A stretch of DNA of 61,910 bases from a virus (IMGVR_UViG_3300000234_000005:1-61910); one strand, 5' to 3'; shown: positions 9,566 through 19,463, counted from the first letter of the stretch. The notes: generated from the sequence alone by a model not told the origin. A program made the numbers and translations.

Positions 9566-10639
9566 TTATATATCCTTAACTTTTAGCTTAAATTCATTTT
9601 GCTTAATTCTATGTTCTTTAGTTGTAGCAGTCAGTGTAACTTTATAAGTAACCCCATTCTTGCCACCGCTAATCCATAGTTTTAATTCACCACCTTGTAA
9701 ATTGTGCATACTAACTTGTAACCCGTCTACATCAGTAGCATCATTCGGGAATGTCTGTATACTTACAGCCTCTACCCAATCCTGCCCCATCAACCATTCA
9801 TTATAAGTAAAATCATAATCATAACTATCTGCTGGTTGTTTTTTAAATACTTCCATAATTTTTATCTCTTCTGGTATTACGATATACCTATAATCCGCTG
9901 GAACGATATAAGCTCTTTCTGGAGGAGCTTTATCAAACAGTATACTTTTAATATCAAATAGCGCGTTAATTTGAATAGGTATAGTGTTTGGTTTTACTCC
10001 AAATGCACCACCCATCCTAGACCCACTATTGCCGTATGCAACATGTATATTAAATGGTAGTGTTTTTGCTCTTAGTATAGTTGGGTTATTAAAAATAACA
10101 TTTGTACTAATATCTATATTTAATTTTTTAATACTAGCAAGCGCAGTAGTACAAGTAATTCTACTAGCTACTGCGGTGCTTGTACTAACTTTACTAAATA
10201 ATATACTATTGCAATTATTTTTAATATAAAGAGAACTGCTTAAATTTTTTACAGCTGCTGCACTGGATAAAGCAGTAATTGCTACTGCACTACAGTAATG
10301 AAGTGGTTTATTAGCACCAATATAACTTAATACCCTATTATTTACAGGTACAGGTAATAAAATTACACCCGCTTCTATCGGAATAACTTTAACTAAGGCA
10401 GCAGTCATGCTAATTTTTGGGGAATTGATATTGAAATTAGTACTATCTTTTTTGATAAGTACTGCTGTACTTCTGATACCCCCAATAATTCCTGTAGGAA
10501 TTAAATATCTAATAGCTAGAAATTTACTAGTAGCGCACGCAATTCGTATATTTATTACATTAGGGTATAGACTAGTATTAGTCATACCTCCCAAACTATT
10601 TATACTACTAGTATTTATTCCTTGGCTGTTAACAGACAT
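9566..10639 (-). CDS. Virion structural protein (fibre-adaptor-like C-terminal domain)
   Basis: C-terminal FKKQPAD..DYDF.Y.EWL...KLWISGG.NG.TYKVT domain; located in the tail block. Confidence 0.6.
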   Translation of the reverse strand: MSVNSQGINTSSINSLGGMTNTSLYPNVINIRIACATSKFLAIRYLIPTGIIGGIRSTAVLIKKDSTNFNINSPKISMTAALVKVIPIEAGVILLPVPVNNRVLSYIGANKPLHYCSAVAITALSSAAAVKNLSSSLYIKNNCNSILFSKVSTSTAVASRITCTTALASIKKLNIDISTNVIFNNPTILRAKTLPFNIHVAYGNSGSRMGGAFGVKPNTIPIQINALFDIKSILFDKAPPERAYIVPADYRYIVIPEEIKIMEVFKKQPADSYDYDFTYNEWLMGQDWVEAVSIQTFPNDATDVDGLQVSMHNLQGGELKLWISGGKNGVTYKVTLTATTKEHRIKQNEFKLKVKDI

Positions 10640-10644
10640 TTATA

Positions 10645-11064
10645 TCAGTCTACAGAAATTACAATAGAGCCAATTGGAAATGATGCAATATCATTTACTT
10701 CATAAGTTTTTGGTTGCGATAAATCTGAATAAGCTATCATATTACCGCCAGTTGCCGCATCAAAGATACCGCAGTGAGTGATTGTTACTGAGCTGGTAGC
10801 TGCAGGAAAGTTTACTACTTTTAAATTGCTGGTAGTTCCTACAGTTGGAACTGCGAATGCCGTACCTACTGCACCGCCTTGCGCTAAATCCTGTCTAGCA
10901 TACCATGTATTAATAGTAGAGCTAACTTCGTTAACAATAACATCTTCGCCCGGAGGGCCTTGAAACAATGCTACATATAGCTGTGTCGGAACAACTACTG
11001 ACTGCCCTAGGAAAAATCCATTGATAATTCTATTTTCTACTACGTTACTTGCAGAACCTGCCAT
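10645..11064 (-). CDS. Small virion structural (tail-associated) protein
   Basis: LYVALF...YARQ...FP.AT...ITHCGIFDAATGGNM...FPIGSI pattern, common in phage tail regions. Confidence 0.7.
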   Translation of the reverse strand: MAGSASNVVENRIINGFFLGQSVVVPTQLYVALFQGPPGEDVIVNEVSSTINTWYARQDLAQGGAVGTAFAVPTVGTTSNLKVVNFPAATSSVTITHCGIFDAATGGNMIAYSDLSQPKTYEVNDIASFPIGSIVISVD

Positions 11065-11092
11065 TTATATGTCCTCTTAATTTATTCTTAAT

Positions 11093-11764
11093 TTACACAA
11101 AACATCTTTCATGTAATCTGTTTGGATTAGCCCATTCAAATAATGTATCTGTATGTTGTTCTATTTTAGCACAACTGTCTTCAAATTTCTTTCTATAAGC
11201 AAAACTTTCATCACCTGCCTCAGTAACACTTTTGACTGTACTATAGCCTCTATAAGCTATATACATTAATAATGCTTCCTGAAATATAACAGGTAATGGT
11301 ACTTCGCTGGTATATCTAATAATGTCTGGAGCTGTAGTATAATGAAATTGTAAAGTAACTCCTGTGCTAGGTATTTCTCCTAGAACTAAGTACTTGTTGA
11401 TAGCTAATGATTTTACATATACATCTTTATAAGCTTTTGTCTTATACAAATATTCAGTATTATAATCATCAGTCGGTACTTCCTCACCAATACTATTAGT
11501 AATTCTTATCAAAGCTAATGAGTTATCAGGTAATGCTACGGAGTCATCGCTAGTACTTGGTGATAACACAAATACATCATCAATATTAACTTGAATTGGG
11601 AATCTTTTGTATAATTCTAATACACCTTGATTAACAAATCCAAGTACTGCATCAATATTTTTTTGTTGTTCCGCAGTACGATCATTTTCAACACCAATAT
11701 CACTTAGCGCGGTTTGTCGTAAATCGCTAGTTACACTAAGTTCTATTAACGCAGAAGCTCTCAT
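11093..11764 (-). CDS. Head-tail adaptor, N4 gp67-like
   Basis: VNQGVLELYKRF and LP..FQEALLMYIAYR motifs; adjacent to TerL as in N4-like phages. Confidence 0.7.
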   Translation of the reverse strand: MRASALIELSVTSDLRQTALSDIGVENDRTAEQQKNIDAVLGFVNQGVLELYKRFPIQVNIDDVFVLSPSTSDDSVALPDNSLALIRITNSIGEEVPTDDYNTEYLYKTKAYKDVYVKSLAINKYLVLGEIPSTGVTLQFHYTTAPDIIRYTSEVPLPVIFQEALLMYIAYRGYSTVKSVTEAGDESFAYRKKFEDSCAKIEQHTDTLFEWANPNRLHERCFV

Positions 11765-11804
11765 ATCAATACCTAAATTAATTTATACTCTATTATACCA
11801 CATG

Positions 11805-14800
11805 CTAGAATATAGTACTACCACCATACTTAACATTTTTATCCTCTTCCCATTCACTTTGCCACATAAAACCATCTTTATCAACTTTAGTAGCCCATTC
11901 TTCATCAGGAGATGTATCAGGAGAGAAGGTATCCATCTCACTTAATTGATTCATTGTGTCTATACAATTATGTACTACTATACCGTTGGCTATAAAATTA
12001 TGAGTATTAGCTACTTCTAGATTGAATGTCGGAATTAATCTTTTGTCCTTTTTTTCGCAGAGAGATATTAAGTTGGCATTCTTTGCAACAGCTTGATTTT
12101 TTTCTATGCCACAAAAATGTACCGCCACACCATTCACAAGTGAATTTTTTCTGTCTAGCAGGGTCTGCTTGTATTGCTTGAAATTCACATGCGCGGTCGC
12201 AATAGGAAGTCCTGTTAACGAATCTAGCTGTAATTGGTTTTTCACACCACCCACATTTTTTATCGTAGTATTGAAGTATTTTTTCCCTGCTTCGATATAA
12301 GTTTTGTCTTGCATGTTCTTTACCTGCTTCTGTTTTATGCCATTCGTTAGCCAATGACCTAATTTTTGCCAGATGCTCTTTTTGTTTTTCCATGTCTCCT
12401 TGAAATCCGTGATGGCTGCTATGTAAGCTTGCAGAAAGTAACTCCAAGTTAGATAAGTTGTTATTATCTTTATTTTCATCTTTATGATGGACATGAAATC
12501 CCTTAGGCTGCTGCCCGTTCGCTTGTTGCCAAACATACTGGTGCAGCCACTTTCTTTTTCCGTCAGGGAATAATGTTGTGCTTTGATAGTATCCTGACTT
12601 TTTACGTGTCCATTTTCTTTCTTCGTATTCTTGTTGTTCCATGATATAACCTCGTCCTCTGGTAGCAATAAGGCAGCAGGTATATACCCCGCTGTGGTCA
12701 ATACAGGATGTTTATCAGACATAGTTAATTCACTACCATCCGAAAATACATAAGTATTGACCTCTTTAACACCAGTCATCATAACTGCTTCAACAGGTTG
12801 TGTCAACATATCAATATCAAACGTCAGTATTTCATCTCCGATCTCCACATCAGATATTTTTTTGTACGTACCATTAGCCATAGAAACTAAGGTATCACCT
12901 GCTACGCAGTCATCGTGCTTAAGTGCTTTATGACCACCAGCTAACGTATATTTACTTAGCTCATTAACTAATTCTTCTAGCAATTCATTAAAAAATACTT
13001 TATGGCTTATTAATTCTGGCTTAGGAAACCATATCTTATTTTGCTTAAACTTAGGCTGCACCCCTGTAATAAATCTAGTAGTCTTATCACTAGCTGGTCT
13101 AATGCCTGCTTCTTTACTACCCTTCTTCTTAGCTAACTGAAACCATACATTCTTACTCATCATCATATCAGTAAGAATACTCAAGAATCCACCTTGCTGT
13201 CCACTAGTCTCAATACCAACACTTAATGGCTTCCACTTATGCACATATCTAAACAAGTCCTCAAGGTTGTCTTGCATACCTTGTCGCTTGCATTGTCCAT
13301 CAACTAGGAACCAACTCTCATCACTACCAATAGCCCATACACTGATAACACTAAAGTCAGCACTTTTCTTTGTACTAGTAGCAAAATCCGTACTTATGTA
13401 AAAGTTATAATGATCCTTATGTTTTAGCAGTACATCAGGTTCATACCATCTAATATCATCTTCATCAACTAACAACGTAGTTAAATCGGTAACTTCTAAC
13501 ATATATTCTGTATAGAAGTTTTGTGCCATGCCTGCTGACTTATATTGGTTATACATCTTAGAGGTATAATCAAAACTAAATCTATCAGGCCACACACTAT
13601 CATATTCTATTTCTGTACAAGGAAATTTAGAGCATAATGGAAATTTTTCAATTCTATATTCCCCACTATTTTTTAATTTATGAAGCAGATCAGCTTCACT
13701 TAATGGAGTACCAATATAAATAATTTTGTGCTTCATTGGATTTAGTGCTGGAAGAGCAGAACTAAACCAATTCATTTCAATAGTGCTTCTTAGTGCTTCT
13801 GATGTCATTACTTCAGATGGCAGAATATCATCCGCTACCAGTATACTAGGACGATGCCCTCTCTTACTACGAATACCACGCCAGTTAGTTGACATACCGC
13901 GACCAGTAATAATAGTTTCAACATTATTTTTATTTACCAGCTCAATTTCATTATCTACACATCTCTGAATGGTAAGTAAGTTTTTCAAAAAGTTGCTATT
14001 TTCAATTTTAGATTGCACATTCTTAAAAAATGCTTTTACGTTACCTTCTAAGCTAGCTCCTAAAAATACTATAAATGGAACCATACCAAAATTTGGCCAG
14101 TGCCCGATAACACTTATATATATTATCGCGTACTCTAGCAGGGTACTGTTGTGGGTAATTTGATACCCTGTTGTAAGGAACAGGTGCTCTTCATTATCAA
14201 CAGTAATACACTGAGTTGGTACAGTTGCAACTTTACGTACTTCTTTTATTTTTTGATAATCTCTAATATGCTCAGCTTTAAATTCAACTTTATTTGCTTT
14301 TCTTTTAAGCTTAAACACATTGAAGTTTCTGTGCTTTATGTACACTCTATAATGCCCAGCATGGCCATTATCTCTGTAAGATAGCTTAGCAGACATTCCT
14401 AATGACCTAACTAGCTCAACCACATCTTTAGCCAGTACTTCATTACAACTGGAAAAACTAGAAGCTAACCCACTTTCTACAGTACCATCTGTATCCATTA
14501 AACCTCTTAATAACTCTAGCCTTTGCGTGATAGAGCCTAATTTATACATAGCAGGTATAAACTTGTTATGTGTATTAACATTCAACCCTAATGCTTTTAT
14601 TTTTGAACCAATACCCAGTATACTTCTAAATTGACTGGTACGTGCAGGTGTGGAATTTACGCCTTTATCATATGGGATATAACTAAATAATTCATCGGCA
14701 TCATCATTGTGTGAAGTTACTCTTGAAGCCCCACTCAATTTATCAACGTTACCATCACCAATTATTACCCCTAGAGTGTATGGATCTATAGGTAAATCTT

Positions 14801-15356
14801 TCTCTGGGTATTTTACCGGTTCTGGTAAACGCACATAATATTTTTGTTCTTTACCGTTTGGGTTATGGTAACTTACTTTACGAGTGTACCACTGAGTATT
14901 ATTAATATATTCTGTGCCTAATATACTTTTTACTTTTTTATCTCTGTTACTAGTAAACACTTCCCATAAGTGGTCCTTGCAAGCAGTAATTACGTTACCA
15001 TCTGCAAATTCAATCTCGTAAGTATCATCATTAAATACATCGCTTTTGTTTATTACACTAGTTAGCTCTCCTGAATGATCATATATTTTATCCCCTATTT
15101 GAATATCTTTAATAGTGACAGGACCATTAATCGTGTACACCAGCTCATCTAATGCTAAAGCTTTTCCAAGTCCACGTGTGCATTCAATAATTATATTCCA
15201 ATCTTTTTTCTTACTACTGAATAGTCCATCTGCAACCTTATAATGAACTTCAGGAGATGTGTTTTCTTCTAACCCAGCAGCTCTAATAAATGCAATAAAT
15301 TTTAGCGCTTCTTCACTAGGTACATAAATAGCTGTTTGTGTAATATCTGTAATCAT
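11805..15356 (-). CDS. terL: Terminase large subunit (N4-like) with two inteins
   Basis: YVPSEEALKF..FI N-terminus; Walker A RGLGK|ST; Walker B ILVADD; IGTP; nuclease DFATS..K.ADFS and HDD|CID. 531 aa after removing 338 and 314 aa inteins. Confidence 0.95.
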   Translation of the reverse strand: MITDITQTAIYVPSEEALKFIAFIRAAGLEENTSPEVHYKVADGLFSSKKKDWNIIIECTRGLGKALALDELVYTINGPVTIKDIQIGDKIYDHSGELTSVINKSDVFNDDTYEIEFADGNVITACKDHLWEVFTSNRDKKVKSILGTEYINNTQWYTRKVSYHNPNGKEQKYYVRLPEPVKYPEKDLPIDPYTLGVIIGDGNVDKLSGASRVTSHNDDADELFSYIPYDKGVNSTPARTSQFRSILGIGSKIKALGLNVNTHNKFIPAMYKLGSITQRLELLRGLMDTDGTVESGLASSFSSCNEVLAKDVVELVRSLGMSAKLSYRDNGHAGHYRVYIKHRNFNVFKLKRKANKVEFKAEHIRDYQKIKEVRKVATVPTQCITVDNEEHLFLTTGYQITHNSTLLEYAIIYISVIGHWPNFGMVPFIVFLGASLEGNVKAFFKNVQSKIENSNFLKNLLTIQRCVDNEIELVNKNNVETIITGRGMSTNWRGIRSKRGHRPSILVADDILPSEVMTSEALRSTIEMNWFSSALPALNPMKHKIIYIGTPLSEADLLHKLKNSGEYRIEKFPLCSKFPCTEIEYDSVWPDRFSFDYTSKMYNQYKSAGMAQNFYTEYMLEVTDLTTLLVDEDDIRWYEPDVLLKHKDHYNFYISTDFATSTKKSADFSVISVWAIGSDESWFLVDGQCKRQGMQDNLEDLFRYVHKWKPLSVGIETSGQQGGFLSILTDMMMSKNVWFQLAKKKGSKEAGIRPASDKTTRFITGVQPKFKQNKIWFPKPELISHKVFFNELLEELVNELSKYTLAGGHKALKHDDCVAGDTLVSMANGTYKKISDVEIGDEILTFDIDMLTQPVEAVMMTGVKEVNTYVFSDGSELTMSDKHPVLTTAGYIPAALLLPEDEVISWNNKNTKKENGHVKSQDTIKAQHYSLTEKESGCTSMFGNKRTGSSLRDFMSIIKMKIKIITTYLTWSYFLQAYIAAITDFKETWKNKKSIWQKLGHWLTNGIKQKQVKNMQDKTYIEAGKKYFNTTIKNVGGVKNQLQLDSLTGLPIATAHVNFKQYKQTLLDRKNSLVNGVAVHFCGIEKNQAVAKNANLISLCEKKDKRLIPTFNLEVANTHNFIANGIVVHNCIDTMNQLSEMDTFSPDTSPDEEWATKVDKDGFMWQSEWEEDKNVKYGGSTIF
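11967..12908 (-). mobile_element. Intein in TerL nuclease motif (314 aa) carrying an out-of-frame HNH gene
   Basis: KHDD|CVAGDTLV...MSDKHPVLT...TFNLEVANTHNFIANGIVVHN|CIDT. Confidence 0.9.
12007..12642 (-). CDS. HNH homing endonuclease with zinc fingers, nested in an alternative frame of the TerL intein
   Basis: LHQYVW...HVHHKDENKDNNNLSNLELL...H...H plus CxxC motifs; own RBS (GAGGT 6 nt before the ATG); frame differs from terL. Confidence 0.88.
   Translation of the reverse strand: MEQQEYEERKWTRKKSGYYQSTTLFPDGKRKWLHQYVWQQANGQQPKGFHVHHKDENKDNNNLSNLELLSASLHSSHHGFQGDMEKQKEHLAKIRSLANEWHKTEAGKEHARQNLYRSREKILQYYDKKCGWCEKPITARFVNRTSYCDRACEFQAIQADPARQKKFTCEWCGGTFLWHRKKSSCCKECQLNISLRKKGQKINSDIQSRSS
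14148..15161 (-). mobile_element. Class 3 LAGLIDADG intein in TerL Walker A (338 aa, Ala1)
   Basis: RGLGK|ALALDELV...DHLW...LGVIIGDG...LLRGLMDTDG...TQCITVD...ITHN|STLL. Confidence 0.92.
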
Positions 15357-16069
15357 GTTTCTTCAAATTCTCCGTTAATTACTTTCATAGCCCCAAAGTC
15401 TTTAGTGCTATAAGCCCCAGACTCAATGAGTCTTGCCTGTTTTGCAGCCAGCATTGATAATTGCTCCATTAAGTTAGTGACACTACTATCTTCTTTAACC
15501 CCAATATCTAATTCAATCTTCATAGCTCCTTCACTCTTAGTAGCCGCTAACAATTCTTTAGCAGCATTAATCTTATCCCTATCAAGCTTTGATGTTTCCA
15601 TCAGTTCTGCTAACACACCAATAGCTTTATACCTATGACCGACGAACATCAAATCTAACGGTACTTGAGACAAAGTTAGTATGTCAGTAACTAATTTGCT
15701 TTTTCTGTACCTAGAAGCGGCGCTAGTGAGTTCTTTATACCCGTTAGTGTCAGAAGTTAAACTAAAGCGCTCAATGACAAATTCCCTATTACAAAATGTT
15801 CTCTTGTATGCTTCAGTATAATTATCTTCTTGAGCAATTAAGTACGCACAAAATCTAATGGCATTAATATAGTCTGAGATACTGGTCTTATGTTTAACCA
15901 TTACTCCTTCATAAGTAATCATAGTAGTCAACAATGGTTCACCTTGAAACTCTGGCTCACTATTAGTTAAATTAATTAAATCTACTATTTCATCCGTTAC
16001 CGTATTCTTCCTACTAGGAATTATATTTTGTAGCTGCTCCAGCGTAACTAGTTTATTATTCATATTCAT
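15353..16069 (-). CDS. terS: Terminase small subunit, N4 gp69-like
   Basis: DYINAIRF......NYTEAYKRTF...ASRYRKSKLV..I motif; overlaps the terL start. Confidence 0.75.
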   Translation of the reverse strand: MNMNNKLVTLEQLQNIIPSRKNTVTDEIVDLINLTNSEPEFQGEPLLTTMITYEGVMVKHKTSISDYINAIRFCAYLIAQEDNYTEAYKRTFCNREFVIERFSLTSDTNGYKELTSAASRYRKSKLVTDILTLSQVPLDLMFVGHRYKAIGVLAELMETSKLDRDKINAAKELLAATKSEGAMKIELDIGVKEDSSVTNLMEQLSMLAAKQARLIESGAYSTKDFGAMKVINGEFEET

Positions 16070-16274
16070 TACTCATACTTAATTTCTTTTTCATACTATT
16101 AATTTTATTTGTTAACACGATAGCTTGTGTTATTTTTTTATTCTTTAATTTTTCAAATACCCAGTACCACATTGGCATACCTAACTCAAAATTAAGTTCC
16201 CATAATTCTGTTTCCATATCTAACAACTTATCTTCATCACTCCGTAGATTTTTTGTGCTTACAGCAAAAATCAT
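16056..16274 (-). CDS. Hypothetical protein
   Basis: 72 aa ORF overlapping the terS start. Confidence 0.35.
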   Translation of the reverse strand: MIFAVSTKNLRSDEDKLLDMETELWELNFELGMPMWYWVFEKLKNKKITQAIVLTNKINSMKKKLSMSNEYE

Positions 16275-16385
16275 TTTTTATTTCATCATACTTGTTTTTA
16301 ACTTCTTCCATATCTAACAGTCTATCATACTTATGTACTATTTCATTTCTTTTTATACCCACTACCAGTTTTGTCATATTTATTT

Positions 16386-17444
16386 TTAACTACTTTCAAA
16401 TTTAGCTTGGGGTGTATACTTATTTCCTTTGTACCTAAATTCATCTTTTATACTTTCATTATCTGTAAACCTATTTAAGTTATTTACGCTTACTAGTTGG
16501 TATCCTTTATGTGTTCTTAAATATCCTTGTTTTACTACTGTATCAACTATTTTATAGATACTTTTACCATTTAAGTTTAATATTCTAGCTGCTGTATTTT
16601 GTGAAACAAAAGATCCTGCCAGTCGCCCACTATCAGCAAAATAGGCATTTATTTTTATACCCTGAGTTTCTTTTATAGCTTCGGCATTTCTTGTCATATT
16701 TTCTTTAAAAGTTATAACTTGAATATTAGAAAATAGATAAGGTTTTTTAGGGTCTATCCTGTCAATGGAAGGCACTAAATTTTTATCATATCCACTGTTT
16801 TTGTATTTTTCATATAACTGGGCGTAGTTATTATTAGAGATAATCCATTTTTTAAACTCCTCGTAAGTGTACGCCGGTGCTGGATGACCTCTAGTTTTTG
16901 AGTGTTCTATTTGATTACTATATATTCTGTATGGCAGTTGACTAAAAGAGTTGGCCGTTTCCTTGGTGCATATTTTACATTTATGGTTTAGTTTATCTTT
17001 TTTACTACTATTACAAGTAAATTCATTACTTGGTTTTAATTCTTTGCATGAATAGCATTCCTTATATATTATTTCATTTTTACTATTTACTATGGAGTCA
17101 AAAGCGGTTATAGCCTCATCTACATCTAATGAGAATAATTCGGTATACCCAGAAAAGGAATGTTTAGGATAATGTCTTTTATCTTTAAATTTGTTATGAA
17201 AAGCAGTCTCTTTTATAAACACGTCGTCCACTTCCACATCCCTTAGTAATTTAGCATACGCGCAATTGCCTTTGTGCGCTATTATATAACTTTCCATTAT
17301 ACTAATAAAACGTTTATGACTACTATCCCCACTACTTTTACCACATTTTACATAACTTCCTGTAGAATCCTCAAACAAAATGAGGTATAAGCGTTCTTTT
17401 TGTTTTTTAGTGCTTATTGAATTGGTGCTAATCTTGAACTTCAT
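16386..17444 (-). CDS. Composite free-standing endonuclease (T5orf172/GIY-YIG-like domain, zinc finger, PSIDRID nuclease, NUMOD-like tail)
   Basis: LYLI......YVKCGKS...GYTELF; CYSC..CKIC; VPSIDRIDPKKPY..NIQVI; F.S...AARIL. Confidence 0.6.
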   Translation of the reverse strand: MKFKISTNSISTKKQKERLYLILFEDSTGSYVKCGKSSGDSSHKRFISIMESYIIAHKGNCAYAKLLRDVEVDDVFIKETAFHNKFKDKRHYPKHSFSGYTELFSLDVDEAITAFDSIVNSKNEIIYKECYSCKELKPSNEFTCNSSKKDKLNHKCKICTKETANSFSQLPYRIYSNQIEHSKTRGHPAPAYTYEEFKKWIISNNNYAQLYEKYKNSGYDKNLVPSIDRIDPKKPYLFSNIQVITFKENMTRNAEAIKETQGIKINAYFADSGRLAGSFVSQNTAARILNLNGKSIYKIVDTVVKQGYLRTHKGYQLVSVNNLNRFTDNESIKDEFRYKGNKYTPQAKFESS

Positions 17445-17713
17445 TAGTGTAATACCGAATATTTTCTACAATTAGCTACAATAGCTAAGTCATTATTATC
17501 TAATATAAACCATTCTCCGCGTAATCTTTTATCTAAGAATAACTCATGGAAGTAAGTTTCCATATACAAATAATTAGCACACCTTTTTACAAACTGTACT
17601 TTAATATCAAATGGATTACCCGTCTGTAAATCCGATAATCTTTTTTTCATTGGCTGACAAGTAACTCCTATTTTATACAATCCATTAGATTCAAGTACAT
17701 ATAATTTACCCAT
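17444..17713 (-). CDS. T5orf172/GIY-YIG family protein
   Basis: LYVL....YKIGVT.....RL..LQTGNP...E...H......RLRGEWF. Confidence 0.8.
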   Translation of the reverse strand: MGKLYVLESNGLYKIGVTCQPMKKRLSDLQTGNPFDIKVQFVKRCANYLYMETYFHELFLDKRLRGEWFILDNNDLAIVANCRKYSVLH

Positions 17714-17716
17714 TAA

Positions 17717-18415
17717 CTAATCCTTTATATTGTAAATATTTGCTGCTACAACCATTCGCATTTGCTTCGGTAGCGCTCTAACACTAGCGAGTACGGCATC
17801 AAGTATTAGCTGTTGTTCTTTAGTATAGCTAACTGGAACTATTTCCTCAGCATAATCACCAGCATTAGTTATCATATCTAACACTACATTCTTATTTTTA
17901 AGCCACGTTATAATACCTAACAAGCTATCGCTTGGTTTTGGAAAATTACCTTCACCAATATCAATTTTACCGCCTGCTTCAAGGGTAGCTATAATATCTA
18001 ACCTTCCTGCCTTCAATATATTTCTAACATGAGCTAAATTACTCTTAGAAGCCCCAGTCTTTTTCAGCGCATCACTCTGTAGACTTCCTTTCTCACAATA
18101 CCTCTGCGCTTTAATAGCTAATTGAGTAGGTGTTTGATGTCTACGCACTTCGGACGACAGCATTTCTTTTTCTACTTCCTCTAAAGTCAAATTATTAGAT
18201 AACTTATTAGCAAGTATCGTATCAATAGCTAACTCTGTCAGCGCTCTAAACCTATGGCGACCATCTACTATTTTCCCTCTATATAAAGTAACAGGAACTT
18301 TCTGACCATTGAGATTAATATCCTCTTTCAGTGCGCAGAACTGGTCTTCCGTCATCAATGGATGCGTCTTAGACAATTCATGCAGCGATACATCTTCAGT
18401 TCTTAAAATATCCAT
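17717..18415 (-). CDS. ParB N-terminal domain protein
   Basis: LKEDI..NGQ.VPV.L...IVDGRHR.RA motif. Confidence 0.75.
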   Translation of the reverse strand: MDILRTEDVSLHELSKTHPLMTEDQFCALKEDINLNGQKVPVTLYRGKIVDGRHRFRALTELAIDTILANKLSNNLTLEEVEKEMLSSEVRRHQTPTQLAIKAQRYCEKGSLQSDALKKTGASKSNLAHVRNILKAGRLDIIATLEAGGKIDIGEGNFPKPSDSLLGIITWLKNKNVVLDMITNAGDYAEEIVPVSYTKEQQLILDAVLASVRALPKQMRMVVAANIYNIKD

Positions 18416-18444
18416 TACACCTTATTTAATTTAACATACCAACA

Positions 18445-18473
18445 AGTATAGACTTTTCTTACACTTTAGTCAA
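18445..18473 (-). promoter_or_regulatory. Sigma70-type promoter
   Basis: TTGACT-17 nt-TATACT, 30 nt upstream of the ParB-like gene. Confidence 0.7.
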
Positions 18474-18778
18474 CAGCACTTATACCTCATAGCTAAAAAG
18501 AGCAATTTCTTACTAGAACGCTGTAATGAGCTTCTAGCAGAGTTTAAACCTGAAAAAAAGTTTAAGCTTACACTTTTTGGCTAGCTCCTCTTTTTACTTC
18601 TTTTATGTATTTATATATATATATAGTAAAAAATTCAGGTAGGTACAAACAGCTTCTACGCAGATAATGTTGTCGTAGGGTGGTTTTCGCTCTTTTCATT
18701 TTAGGACATTTTCAAGTAGGTGTAAGGTAAAGTGTAAGGTCAATGTAGGTATGAGTAAAACTAATGAAGGCATGTATG

Positions 18779-18873
18779 AAAATTATTATATTTAATACAG
18801 ATGGCATACAAAAAAATTATTATATTTGATACGGGTGTATACAAAAAAATTATTATATTTAATACGGGTGTAT
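18779..18873. repeat. Three tandem 33-34 bp repeats (AAAATTATTATATTTRATACRG...)
   Basis: Directly visible; each unit contains TATAAT on the minus strand; located in the strand-switch region. Confidence 0.85.
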
Positions 18874-18947
18874 TCTCTCTCCCGCAGAAATCCAACAGCC
18901 GGGGTACCCCCCCCTAGGTAGTGCCAATTGAGGGATCTTTAAAGCCA

Positions 18948-18975
18948 GCTCACTTCGTTCGCATTAACTTGGACA
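18948..18975 (+). promoter_or_regulatory. Candidate hairpin (virion RNAP-type) early promoter, copy 1
   Basis: GCTCACTTCGTTCGCATTAACTTGGACA; the template strand folds as GCGAAC-GAA-GTGAGC; near-identical copy at 19598. Confidence 0.55.
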
Positions 18976-19010
18976 ACTTCGTCCATCACAACGTATCGGA
19001 GGATACAACC

Positions 19011-19295
19011 ATGACCACAGCTACTACTACCGCACTTGCCACAGCAGCATCAGCACGCCGTCCTCGTGAGGGCATGTTTGCAGCACTCTCGACAACTGTG
19101 AAGGCCTTAGCAGCAGTCACCACAAACGTCGCATTGGCTGGCAGCGAGTCTGCAGCAGGCCTCACCCTGTCTGCGTCTGCGTTCAAAGTTGCAGCCTTTG
19201 ATGACTTGATTGATAAGTACGGCAGCATTGAGGCGTTGGAGGCATTGGAATCCCAAACCAATGCCTATCTGGCGAGGATGAAGGCCAACCTCTAA
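19011..19295 (+). CDS. Early hypothetical protein (94 aa, Ala/Thr-rich)
   Basis: Start re-assigned to ATG 19011 after a GGAGG RBS. Confidence 0.75.
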   Translation: MTTATTTALATAASARRPREGMFAALSTTVKALAAVTTNVALAGSESAAGLTLSASAFKVAAFDDLIDKYGSIEALEALESQTNAYLARMKANL

Positions 19296-19303
19296 CCGTC
19301 CTC

Positions 19304-19329
19304 TGACCTAAGCAAGTCATTAAACTGCT
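19304..19329 (+). ncRNA. Small H-type pseudoknot motif, copy 1
   Basis: TGAC-CTAAGCAA-GTCA-TTAAAC-TGCT; second copy at 20789 has a compensated stem. Confidence 0.55.
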
Positions 19330-19359
19330 AAACCATCCCTCAACCAAGGAGATAGTGCC

Positions 19360-19410
19360 ATGCGCATCTATATCATTGCCGATGACGGTACAGTGGAATT
19401 CCTCCGCTGA
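19360..19410 (+). CDS. 16-aa early peptide (MRIYIIADDGTVEFLR)
   Basis: Strong AAGGAG RBS; followed by a terminator. Confidence 0.45.
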   Translation: MRIYIIADDGTVEFLR

Positions 19411-19422
19411 TGCACCCTAAAT

Positions 19423-19463
19423 AAGTTCTCATAACCTACGGGTTGTGGGGACTTTATTTTTTT
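19423..19463 (+). terminator. Rho-independent terminator
   Basis: 14-bp stem with TACG loop followed by a T-run. Confidence 0.8.

Noticed and set aside
16200-16385. Short duplication TTCCATATCTAACA (16212 and 16307) and a possible 46-aa ORF
   Set aside because: Too short to support a feature; probably a local rearrangement scar next to an endonuclease gene.
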